Positions 50,308 through 62,154 of a DNA stretch of 64,000 bases are shown here, in pieces. A program made the translations under genes and the position numbers. Every line of letters starts with the position of its first letter. Position 1 is the stretch's first letter. This DNA is from Saccostrea echinata (Eukaryota): the NCBI RefSeq assembly GCF_033153115.1, contig NW_026889771.1, forward strand, positions 682,001-746,000, given 5' to 3'. The notes under the pieces were generated by a model. It saw only the letters and a program-made list of their open reading frames with translations. It made no database searches and was not told the DNA's origin.

Positions 50308-51489
50308 ATGGAAAGATTATATGTACAATTTTTAATGCTTTGTTTAATAACCGTCTCAACATCAGTAAGTATTAAATGTGTTGTGTTATCGAAGTTTCAG
50401 ATCTTATTGAAATTTATTCATTGGTCATTCTTATAAGTCCCTTATTTCTATCGTGTTTCAATTAATTATGAACTTATAATTTATTATCATTTGCTTTCGC
50501 TACACACTATTTAACATTTCAATTTTTAACATATAATTTATATCTGCAAACAAGTGTTTTATTTCTCTTTTTTTTTTTTACTAGTGTGTGATTATGAGAC
50601 CTTGACATTCATTAGACAAGTTGATGTTGTAGAATGTGATACTGCTCTCATTTGTTTACCCGTTGGTTTTCTTAGTTTGCAACAAGATGCTATACCGATG
50701 CTGAATGTATGTCTGACGAATGCTGCTTCCGTCACGAGGGACCAATGTTTGTTAGCAAAAGACAAGCACTCGATATACTCGGAACGCATCAAGGTATCGA
50801 AATCGAAATGCTCATAAAACATAATAAAATATATTTTTCCACTTGCCTGTTTTCTGGACAGGTCTAACAATATTTAAAAGCTCTATATTTGCGGCAATAA
50901 ATATTATAATTTAAGTCAAATTGCATCAAAATGCATATATTGTCTGGCAATAGGGATTTCCTAGCTTTAATTTACCGTTTTACTGCACATAATTTCAAAA
51001 ATGCCAAATATTGTGCCAATTCAAGCAGTTTTTTAAGAAACCAAAAACTGAATTAAGTAACATTCAATACATTAAAAGCATTCTTAAAATTAGGGTAATG
51101 AAACTGTTCTAAGTGTAGAATATATTTTCGTATTTAACTTATGTTTTTATAAATGGGTAAATTTCCCAATAACTTAGGCATTGCAGTTTAAATGGAAGCA
51201 CAACCATTGCAGGATTACTATTTTACCTTCAGTAATGTTTTAAAAATTATATCATAAAGCAGATGATGCATACGTTACATTCAAGGTAGGTTAACTTTTC
51301 CTTCTAGGTGTATGTGAGAAGTACCAGGTACTCGGTGACCACTGCAGTCCCTTTGACAAAATGAACGGCCATTGCAGCTGTGGACATGGTCTAACTTGTC
51401 AGTTCGTCCCCGCTTCCAGCACTATGCCTGTCAAACGCAAACTTTACATGCCTGGTCCAGGGGCTTACCAATGTGCACCAACTGTATAA
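50308..51489 (+). CDS. Secreted 10-Cys prokineticin/astakine-fold protein, paralogue D, 118 aa, 3 exons
   Basis: Exons 50308-50364, 50676-50793, 51308-51489. MERLYVQFLMLCLITVSTS|FATRCYTDAECMSDECCFRHEGPMFVSKRQALDILGTHQ|GVCEKYQVLGDHCSPFDKMNGHCSCGHGLTCQFVPASSTMPVKRKLYMPGPGAYQCAPTV*. Confidence 0.92.
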
Positions 51490-52749
51490 AGTGTTTTAGA
51501 GTCTATGAAAAGAGAATATACTAGAAGCTTTACCTTGCAAAATGAATGTAAAATAGTTTGTCACTATTGTTCCACATACAGCAAACATATTAAGAAATGA
51601 GCTGCAGAACATAGTGTTCCAAGCATAGTTACTCCCAAACTTACTTGATAAATAAAGATATATCCACTATACAATTTAGTGAGGTAAATATATTTTTATT
51701 CACCAATGAATAAGCTGGGGAGTACCTAAGGTCCCAAGGCTTCCTTAGATGTTGATCACATTTGTATAAACTACAGACACATGTAACATGTCAGCTACCC
51801 CGAACCGTGAAATTTTCTCCAGTTCAATTTTTTTGTCTTCGGATGAGACTACTTTAAACCCAAAAGAAGTGTTCAGACCATAAGCAGTTCAGTCTGTTGA
51901 ATCATAATCAAAATGATTATGTAACGTGACTCATACTATCTTGCTATTGCTATCTGCAAGACAAGATCGATAACTCTTTCTTTAGTTGCGTCTTGATAAA
52001 TCTTTAAAATTAACGAGCTTTGTAAGTCGATAGATGGAACATATGTCCATCTAACTTTTTATCTTGACCAAAGCAATTTTAAAAAGAAATTTCTAATCAC
52101 AGTATATTTTAGAGGGTGTGGAGGATTTATAATGTGGATGTTTCAGCTTGAGCACTCTCTATACACTGCACACAGAAGAATGTTTACTCTGTGGTATTTG
52201 ATGCAAATATGCCCTTAGATCTTAGATCAAATATATTTAGATTTAAAGTATTTAACTTAATCAGTATTCTATTATGTAAAGTCAACTTACATAATTGGAT
52301 TGGACATCAGGCATGGCCTATATAAGTCCTCTCCAAGAAGGTCAAAGTCACAAATGTTAAGAATTAACAATGGTTTACGATGAGGAAATTGTTCATAATA
52401 ACTTATATTAATTTCTGCAGTAAACTAGAAAAGGAAGAAATGAAAGAGATAAATTATACACAAGAGTTATTACTTAGCATATATTCTCATTTTACAAAAT
52501 AAGAAAAGAAAATAGGGGTGAAACAAACAACATAACTGAATAAGTAAATAAATAAAGCGCAAAGGACTAATATGCAAGGAAAATACAAAAGAAAAAAGTA
52601 ATAAATAAAATTGGGAAAAACAACAAAACTGTAAGGGTAAAAAAAGAAATAAAGTGCAAAAGACAAATATGCAAGGAAAATACTACATATACATGGAAAT
52701 GCTGAGATTTGAAGTAAGTATAAATATCAAAATATTAAGAAATTAATTA

Positions 52750-53900
52750 AAACTTAAAAATGAAATATCAAAATCTCTTTGAAGACTTGATATATAACTG
52801 GACTGCTTCAAAAATTGAACAATTAGTTTTAATTTGGTAATTGCCTATCACAAAAACAGCAAAGTATGCAAAATTTGATGAAGAGAGAGGGGTTCTAATT
52901 CTATTATATTCTGAAGACATTCTCTGATTATTATAGGCAGGGCATCCTAAGAAAAAAATGATAGTTATCGATAGTTATCCTCGCTTTGATATCCACACTT
53001 AGTATAAGATGTTATTTCACTTAAGTGTTGATTATACAGGTGAGTATTTAAATTACCAGATTCATTTCTTAGTTGACAATGTATAATGTTTTCCTTGCGA
53101 TTACCATAATTAAAGATATTCTTTACTCTATCTACAGTAGGTTTCTTTAGGATATTCTAAAAACTTGAATAGGATTCAATACATTTTGTTTCTTTGGTAA
53201 ATTGTTCCATAACCGAATAGTAGAAGTCAGTAAACTGTTGAAATATGAGACTGTTCTTGATTGAGGTCTGACAAAATTAGAATTACCAATATTTCTAAGA
53301 TTGTAACCATGCTTTGGTGGTATAAAAGATGGGACCATTTCTTGCAAGTATAGAGGAGCTATACCATACACAATTTTAAAGAATAACAAGAGTTTTTGTC
53401 TTTCCCTTCTCTTGTTTAATGGTTCCCAACCTAATTCTAAATACACAGCATTTCTGGATAAATTTTCCTAAGTCCTGTTAAGATTTGAAAGTTCTTGTGA
53501 GCAGTTATCCCAAACAATGCTAACATATTCTAAAAATTAAAGCAAAATAGATTTTTATTAAGACACTCCTATCTAGTAAATGTCTCAACATTCTTAAAAG
53601 ATTTAGCCGAGAACAAGCTTTTTCATATAAATAATTTATAGATGAGATGACCATTTGGCATCATTTTGGAAGAGAAGCCCAAGATGACAGTGTGTTCTAG
53701 ATTCACTAATAATATTACCATTAAAACGAAAACGGACTGGGGGATGGTCATTTGAACTTCTTGAAAAAATTATATTAAAGATTTTGTTATGATTAAAATC
53801 CACAGCCCATGTTGAAGACCTTTTTATTAATTTTATCTAAGTCAGATGTAAGTGATATGGCTGCTGCATTAACATCATTATCTACAACTATAAACAGGGA
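52750..53900 (-). mobile_element. CR1/L2-group LINE, decayed 3' part of ORF2
   Basis: YLELGWEPLNKRRERQKLLLFFKIVYGIAPLYL...STIRLWNNLP is the typical post-RT region; upstream remnants include HCHLGL and VWDNC. Confidence 0.8.
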
Positions 53901-54890
53901 GATTTAAAGTATATTACTCGATTTGTTATTAAAACAAACACTTCTAGCATTTATTAGACAAAAATAATTTTCATCATATAACATGGATTTCATCAATACC
54001 TTCTTGTCTTGAAACATTTTTTTCCTGAGGGTAAATGGCTAGTATCCTATGTTGAAAATGAAATAGAGAAGACTCCGTATTCACATCTTTATATAATTTT
54101 CTCAGTGTCCAAAAATGTTTTCATTAAAGTAAAGAAGGTCCTTAATTTGTTTGTATTGCTAAAAAAATTTTTGCCAATATGATAGCAACAAAGTGAGGTA
54201 TTCATTTTTCTTACGACTTTTCTTGAATATTCTAATGAACGTCAAAGTTAAGTTTTCCTTTATCAAGTACACTAGCTTGTTAGGATCCACTACTTGACAT
54301 TGCAACAAATAAAAATAAAATGGCTACTAATTTTAAAATGAAAAATGTTTAGTTTGTATAGGATGGAACAGTTATAAACTGTTCAGAAAACTCAATGCAG
54401 TAAAATTTGTACTTTTGGAGAAAAAAAGAAATTAAGAGTTTTACAATGTATTTGGATAATTCTTAGATAATTCTGTGCCAGTGATTTTTTTATTTCTCCT
54501 TTATTTCTTAATAAAGCAATTCTAAACGTATAGCTAAAGAACAGACTTTAACAAGTGAAGAGCAAATACTTCTCTTATATTTTAAATTGAAAAGGAAATA
54601 CAACTGTATCAGAAAGGAAAGCATTACAAGTCATTTCATGTAGAAGTTTTGCAAGTTACTGAGTATAATTTCATAAAACTTAAATTGAATATTCAAAATT
54701 TAAAAAAGAAACATTAATTCATTATCATTTACAATTTTAAAGCTAAATATGACAATATTCATATCTCAGAATTGTTCTGATCAAATCCTGACTGAGGTCA
54801 AAGTTTACTGCATTAGTCGACTTTGTACAAACTCTGGTGAGGTAAATCTGAGGTAAGCTTTAAAATTCATTACCTTGTTTTTATTTGTAG

Positions 54891-54935
54891 AGAATCGTTA
54901 CACCGATGCTGACCGTTTATAATGAAGAATGGCAA
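54891..54935 (+). pseudogene. Possible decayed exon-2 remnant of a fifth 10-Cys paralogue
   Basis: After the acceptor TTTTTATTTGTAG comes CGTTACACCGATGCTGACCGT (R-Y-T-D-A-D-R), versus TGCTATACCGATGCTGAATGT (C-Y-T-D-A-E-C) in paralogue D. Cut off near a Penelope insertion. Confidence 0.35.
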
Positions 54936-54959
54936 GACATTTGACTTACATGTACATCT

Positions 54960-56440
54960 TTTTCAATTCATATGAAGCAGAATTTATTGAGAAACGTCTA
55001 CATGAGAAGAAGAAAACACTTGCTCTGGCCTTCAACATTTAGATATAGCGGCGGCGTTTTATCAAATGACAATAACTACTTCCATTCATATGTCGACACG
55101 ATATATCCCAGTGAGCTTGAAATAAAAGATACCACAGAGTCTGACACATCTGTTTCATATTTGGATATATCTTTAGAAAAAAAACTTTAATGGTACCCAA
55201 ACAACAAAGATTTATGATAAACGTGAACACTTCAATTTTTCGATTGCCAACTTTCCTTACTTATGTAGCAATATACCCTTATCACCTCCATATGAGGTTT
55301 TGTCTCCCGGTTGATTCGATACACAAGAGCATGCTCTACGTATGAACAATTTCTAAAACGAGGCAAGCTATTTACAAACAAGTTGATAAAACAAGGATGT
55401 CAACAGTCTCGTTTGAAGTCATCATTTCGCAAATTTTATGGTACATACAATGACCTTGTCAGCAAATACAATCTATCATTGAGTCAAATGCTGTCCGACG
55501 TTTTTCATACTAATTGTTAGGCTATTATTTACACACTGAATTGTCTACGGTTTTTTTTTGTTTTTTTCCTTATCATGACAAGGAGCACACGGTGGGTGTG
55601 ACCGGTGGGCAGGGGATGCTCACTCCTCCATGGCACCTGATCCCACCTCTGATGTTTTCGAAGGTCTGTGTTTGCTCTGCTCCCGATTTGTTTTCTTTAA
55701 ATGGACTTTGAGCTTGAATACCATATCTTCTGTGTACATTTTCTGTACTGCTCTTAGTAATGGATTACATTCAAAATAGAATTTGAATCATTCTTTAATA
55801 TGTAAAAGTCAATCAAATCGTTATGTGTGATAATGACAGATTTGAAAAATGTTTATTAAATATTTCATTTCTTGCAAGCCCTTTTACTGTATATTCGAGG
55901 GGAAAAAATGATATACATGTATCTTTAAATGAAAAAAAGGTGAAAATAACGAAGAGTGATTTATCTAAAAAAAATCTACCAACAATATAAATTTGTGAAC
56001 AGGGAATAAACCATGGACCCCTGGAAAATCCAGAGGTGGGATAAGGTGCGTAGGAGGAGTAAGCATCCCCTTATGACTTGTCACATCCACCATAAGCGCC
56101 GTGTATTGATCAGATAGGCGGAATAATTCGTAGTCAAGTTTAGTATAAAAACAAAGCCTTACAATGGGCTTGAAATATATCAGTCAAAAACCTCCCAAAG
56201 ACAAGTTGTGTTTGCTAACAAGGTCATTATAACAACCGTTGAATTTAAGAAATGCTGACTTTAAACTAGGTTGTTGAAATCCTTGTAACATTAACTTATT
56301 TGTCAGTAGCCTGTCTCGGTTTTAAAATTGGTCGTATTTAGAGCATGTTCTTAAGTATTGAATAAGCTCAGAAACATAAACACCATACGCAGGTGACAGT
56401 GGAATATTGCTGCATAAATAAGGGAAGTTGACGATGGAAA
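54960..56440. mobile_element. Penelope-like fragments: plus-strand 54960-55720 and minus-strand 55940-56440
   Basis: YVDTIYPSELEIKDTTESD, IRYTRACSTYEQFLKRGK...DVFHTNC and the conserved tail. Confidence 0.88.
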
Positions 56441-56499
56441 TAAGACGATGAAATTATTAATAGATAACTGTTTTTACGTTTAACCTATAGAGTGATGTA

Positions 56500-56840
56500 T
56501 CTGTAAATTAGAGAGATATCTCTTTAATCTAGAGATCTCTTTTACTTCCAAAGATATCTACTAAGCTAAAATTATAGAAATATCTCATACTCAAAGAGAT
56601 ATCTCTATAACTTGGAAAGATATCTCTTTAACGTAAAGAGATATCTCTCTAAATGAAAGAGATATCACTTTAGCGTAAAAAGTTATCTCTCTTAGCAAAA
56701 GAGATATCTCTCAAAGAGAACGATATATCACTTTAAGTGAAAGAGATATCTAAGTGAAAGAGACATTTCTCAATTTTTAAAAGAGATATCTCTTAAAATA
56801 AGAGATACATGTACCTCTGTAATTTAAGGAAATATCTTAT
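56500..56840. repeat. Degenerate tandem array of the palindrome (A)GAGATATCTC(T), ~21-bp period
   Basis: More than 12 visible GAGATATCTC-like units separated by A/T-rich spacers. Confidence 0.85.
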
Positions 56841-57103
56841 TTTCCGTATACTATGTAAATACTAAAAGGGCTTGTCATATTCGTTTGGTATTGGAAAGTA
56901 GCGTATGTAATACGTAAGCATTTTAACAAATCATCGAAGTGTGGTTATAATAATGAAATTGTATTCATTTTCACAAAATGTTCAATCTTAGATAAAAGAA
57001 GAAAAATCATCACAAAAAACAATTAGTAGCTTGCGGATTATTCACAATTGTATAGTTACTTAAAAACGATAAATAAGGATAAATTACAAGAAGTATTTTA
57101 CTG

Positions 57104-57928
57104 TTAAAGCTTTTTCTGTTGTAGTGTCCTTCTTTTCTTCATAATGTCCATATAATGACCGATGTACGCTGCTGGTTCTGTACCATTGGATTTCTCACTC
57201 TTTGTTGATTTCGTTTCGTAATATTCCTCTAATTTTCGTAAGTCATCTAGACTTTTGCTTGGTCTCAACAACCGTCTGTTTGCTAATTGCATGCTTCTAG
57301 ACTTTATGGTGTCTTTTATACGCACTACCTTCTTGTTCTGAGAAATTCTCTTGTCCCTATACATTTCCAGTAATGGCTTACCGGTTCTTGAATCAATATG
57401 GTTAGCGGCTAAAAATCTCCGCAATTTCCGATTCTCGTCCCAGAGTCGCTCGGCACGAGATTTCTCTTTAACTAGTTCTTCTATTTCATGCTTGTATTCA
57501 GTATTTGACTTACTGACTTCTGAAACTTTTTTGCTCATTCCTTCAACTTTCATTGTCATTTCAAATAGTTGTGACTCCATCCGGGCTATTTGTGACTTCC
57601 GGTCTTCCACATCCCTCAATAAAAATCCGTTTGTCGTTTTGGAATGATCTAAATCCCGCCTCATTTTATCAACAACCTCCGCAGTTACCCCCATTTTTTC
57701 TTCCTGTTGCTTGCGAAGTCTTTCGTTTTCTTTTCTAAGGCGTTCCAGCTCTTTGATTAATTCTGCAATTTGTTCCAAGAATCCATTTCTTTCTTTTTCT
57801 AACAGTTCGTCTGTTTTCCTTCTCATTTCCTCCGCTTCCTCCTCGTATGATTTCTTCTTTTTTCCTTCTTTCTTTTCTCCAGATTCACTTTTGACTCCTT
57901 TCTTTGGCTTCATGACCACTTTAGACAT
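57104..57928 (-). CDS. Uncharacterised Lys/Glu-rich coiled-coil protein, 274 aa, single coding exon
   Basis: 825-nt open frame in AT-rich DNA with ATG start. Heptad-rich E/K/R/L middle (about aa 28-170) with basic N- and C-termini. No TE motifs recognised. Confidence 0.8.
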   Translation of the reverse strand: MSKVVMKPKKGVKSESGEKKEGKKKKSYEEEAEEMRRKTDELLEKERNGFLEQIAELIKELERLRKENERLRKQQEEKMGVTAEVVDKMRRDLDHSKTTNGFLLRDVEDRKSQIARMESQLFEMTMKVEGMSKKVSEVSKSNTEYKHEIEELVKEKSRAERLWDENRKLRRFLAANHIDSRTGKPLLEMYRDKRISQNKKVVRIKDTIKSRSMQLANRRLLRPSKSLDDLRKLEEYYETKSTKSEKSNGTEPAAYIGHYMDIMKKRRTLQQKKL

Positions 57929-59829
57929 CTATTTACACTTCTATATTTAATATTTAACTTTCCTTCTAGAATTCCAAGTTTAGAGATATGGAATCAATTA
58001 CTATTTCTTTAAAATAAACATATAACTGAATTATCCATGCAATGTTCAAAATATTACAGAGATAATTTCAATGTATATTTCTACCATATCAAGATTCCGT
58101 TGACAAGCAAATTTTACCTACGTCAGTGGATATTATTGGGTTCGATATTTTTATGGGGTTAATCAAATTCATCTTTGCAAATTTTACCTGTTTAAAAAGG
58201 TATAATTAAAAAAAAAACTACAATGTACATATTTCTTTTTCTTTGATAAAAGTAATCATTATATACTTTATGACAATAGAGAAATATAAGAAAAAATAAT
58301 TTAATATTATTGCCCTTTAGGAGTCCCAGTAGTTCATAAATAACAACAAAAAACTCCTGAAATTCAAGTCTTTAGTATCTGGCATTTTTGGCCTAATATT
58401 CAAACCAAACAAAAGGCCTTTCAATATTTTTTTTTCAAATACTGAAATCGAGTGATCTATAGCAAATTTAAAATCAAAACACAATTTGAAAAGAGGCAAT
58501 GATGCGAGTGCATGGTCTCTCTTCTCAATCCATTTGCAGAGGTGCTTCCTTAAATTATTTATTTAAAAGGCTTTTTGTTTGAATGTCAAAAGCAATAAAA
58601 AGATTGAAGAGAAACCTCTTAAGTGAAAGCAATTAAATTGTCGGTAATTAAAAGATGATTTGATGTACAACTAAGGCTCTTTTCTGTAAAGGTTTGAACA
58701 AACCGAATTCATTGATTTTACCGATACTTATGTGAGCATGAAATAGGATGAATTTTAAGTAGAAAAGGTTTTTTTCTATTCTGAGGACCAATTCATCTTA
58801 TTAATTCATCCTTTACTTCATTTGTTAAATTTCAAAACTGGTTGACAAATATTCAGACGACGTAATCATTATTTACGATTGCGTTGAGTACATGAAAAAA
58901 AATATAACAGTTAATTTGTGATTCGTGAATTAAACACGGGCTGTAGATTTAGCACGAGCAAAAATTTTAAGATAGTTAATCTGAAAAAAAAAAATTGCAA
59001 GTTTATCTCTTTTGATTTTTTTTTTCAAAACAAGAAGCTTAGACTGAAGGTCTAGTTTATTTATTCTTTATTGTTATACAGTTACAGATTAAAGTATACA
59101 TAAAACATTGCACTTAATTGTTACATTTACATTGTCTGTAATATACAAAATAGACACAATATACCGAAATGCACATGGCTGATAATACTTAAATATGTAG
59201 TACATGTACATGTTGATGTATACTCTGAACAAATACACATTGTTTTCAGTGGCTTTATATAAAAACTTGCCCAAGTTTAGAAACTACTCAAATAACTAAT
59301 ACAAGGTAAATATACACTTGGTTTAACATATTAATATTTATACATATACTATCAACAACAAAAAAATCTTGAGGAAGGATACAACCATGCATTCTATAAG
59401 CGAAAGAACTGATCGACCGCCGAAGCCGCAGGCCCGAGATTAGTTCCTTCGGAGGCCCTCCTTCAACTTAAAAGTGATTTTATTTGTTCTGAGAATCAAC
59501 TCAAAAATTGTACAAAACTGCTCATATTGTATTCAAAATGGATTATATAGGCAATGACGAGTTCATTGTTTACAGAATGGACAGTTAGGTAAATTAACAG
59601 GGCGTGCGGAATTTTTATGAAAAGCTATTGTGCTACCAAAAGGTCTATGTCTGAAGATGGAACAGTTACAGCGTTTGGGGGAATATTAGGTGAGACTTCA
59701 AAATTATTTCAAAATTAACATTTCTTCCTCCGATGGAGAATATAATTATTTTTGACACAATGAAAATTCAATAAATCCAAAGATGCACGAAATATATATG
59801 GATTTTTGAATGATATTGGACCTGGAAAA

Positions 59830-59933
59830 GGAAAGTAGTACCGGATAATAATGATGGAAAGTAGTACCGGATAATAATGATGGAAAGTAGTACCGGATAA
59901 TAATGATGGAAAGTAGTACCGGATAATAATGAT
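59830..59933. repeat. Perfect 26-bp minisatellite x4
   Basis: GGAAAGTAGTACCGGATAATAATGAT at 59830, 59856, 59882, 59908. Confidence 0.97.
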
Positions 59934-61316
59934 TTCAGCTAAATTCCCACCTGAAATGGATCTTTTCCCAAATAAATACTTATGTACTGGTATTCGAAAT
60001 CAAATCAACTCTGGAAATCTGGAAATATTTCATTTTTAAAAAAGAATGGACAGTTACAGGTAACTTAATAGATTGTTTCAGGAGTTTGTCCAACAGAAAG
60101 CTATTTTAAAAATGGACAAAAACCAATAGGTTTGCTTCACAATAATGTTTTAACATGAGTTACATGTAGTAAGTAATTTGTTTACAGCGGCATGATTAAA
60201 TTCTTATTCATTAGACATTAGATACTTCAGAAATTAATCAAACACCCGACCCATCGGATCTATATGCCACGTTGAACACACAATTTAAGTACAATGCACA
60301 AAGAAAAGGAAATAAATATGCATTAAGTGCTTCTGCTTTCTATAGGAATTTCCCTGTATATTCATTGACACTTTTTGTTGACAACAGTTGTATAGAAGCT
60401 TATGCATATTTGAACTATACCAATAGTTTTTTTTGATATGCAACATCCTATTTACATAATAAATAAACATTTCAAAATAAACTGGTTCTCATTTTCAGCT
60501 TTGAAAAAATCTATGCTCACTATAGGAGTATGGGTTAATCTTCTATTAATAAATGAGCACTTGGTCTTCACTTTGCAATGAATTGATATACTTGTATAAT
60601 ATTTCAATAGGTAAGATTGCAAACATCTTATTTGTTAAATATCTTTATAAAAAATTATTAACACTTTGACAATGAAGAAAAAGTGCACATGTGTGTGCGT
60701 AATCAAAACATCACAGAAATGACATAGAAACATGCTGTGTACTCGCGAAATCTACGAACATTGGTTCCCCACGAACAATGATGATTCCACAGTATTCTGG
60801 GAAAATGACAGATGACTCAAGTCCTATCGACCTTGCGAGATTAAGAATGCTCTGTCCGATTTTTTTAAATTCTGAACAGTTGCCTATTATACACTTAAGG
60901 ACCTGGCCAAATTTTGTTATCAATATGAAAAGTCTTATCTATACTACTGTTCCTCTAAAAATTTAGCAGTCATATATATTTGTTAGTATTTAAACGAAAC
61001 TCAATCAAGTTAACGAGCATTTTGTTGACAACTGCTTTATTTTACAACTGTCTCACCGGAAACCTGACTGTCTCATCGCCGTGTTCCGGTGTCACTCTTT
61101 CATATCAAACAAAATTTCAAACACTTGCCATTCAAAAAAAAAAAGATGAATTGGTTGATTTATTTTGGAAAAATTGGGGGAAAGAGTGTTAATAGCAGTA
61201 TTATTGAATGTACCGGCTTCGATAAGTTGAGCTGTTATACAATTTTTAAGAAAATCACGAACATCGGAGTATTTAAATGGTTTTGTGATGAACTGTGAGC
61301 TTCGTGATCAAATGAA

Positions 61317-61334
61317 CACGTGAAAGGGGCGGGG
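61317..61334 (+). promoter_or_regulatory. E-box + GC box, possible promoter element upstream of the CRIP-like gene
   Basis: CACGTG (61317-61322) next to GGGGCGGGG (61326-61334), rare in this AT-rich context, ~820 nt before the ATG. Confidence 0.3.
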
Positions 61335-62154
61335 TCAACATATCTCCATATTTTCCGCATTTTTTAAATAAAAAAAATAATCAATAAAAAGTATATATTG
61401 GATTGTCATTTTCACCCTACTGTCATTCAAGTATGTCGGGCAAAGCGGAAAAACCAATTCACGAATTATATCAGTTTCATAATGATGAAAAGTGATGCAC
61501 TGCAAGGTCTAGAAGTTGTGTTAATCTTGATATCGATTCAGAAATGAAACCCATGAATAAAACACAACTGTGATATCACCTCATTACCAAGTCAGCCGTG
61601 ATTGCTCATGCTAACACTAGTTCAGCCTTATTTATATGTCGCAGACATCGGACACCTCAGAATATATCGCATTTCATGGGATGTTGTGCCAATACCATAC
61701 TGTTATAAATTAAATGAGCATTCGTTGACCTCGAAATACCTTTACATGGTATGAGATTTGGGCTCAAGAGAGCGTGAAGTTTGCGAGGATTGCAAGCTTG
61801 ACAACTCGGAGAACAGTTCAATAGTGAAACATTCCTAGTGGATAAAACATTGTTTTCAACGAGGATCAGCTCTAGTTTTTCAAATCCTACCAAATGTGGA
61901 CTTTAAACTTGAATATATACTTGAAATGTTTACACCTGGTGTTGATTTGAATACCCACTTTGTTCGGTTTCAATGGTCGATGTCTTATCGACATGCTCTG
62001 TGATTTCTCAATGCCACTGATTCCTGTAACACAGTTCACAGAAGTTTAATTGTAAACCAATTTTCTGTGTTTATATCGGGATTTTTAGGCTCTATGCAGA
62101 TAGGGAGATGAATCAAGAATCAATAGTTGATAGTCTCTGGAACTAACGTTTGTC

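Noticed and set aside
57351-57950. Plus-strand ORFs overlapping the coiled-coil gene
   Set aside because: Ser/Phe-rich antisense shadows of the E/K-rich minus-strand frame.
59830-59933. CRISPR-like array
   Set aside because: Units are directly adjacent with no spacers, and the context is eukaryotic.
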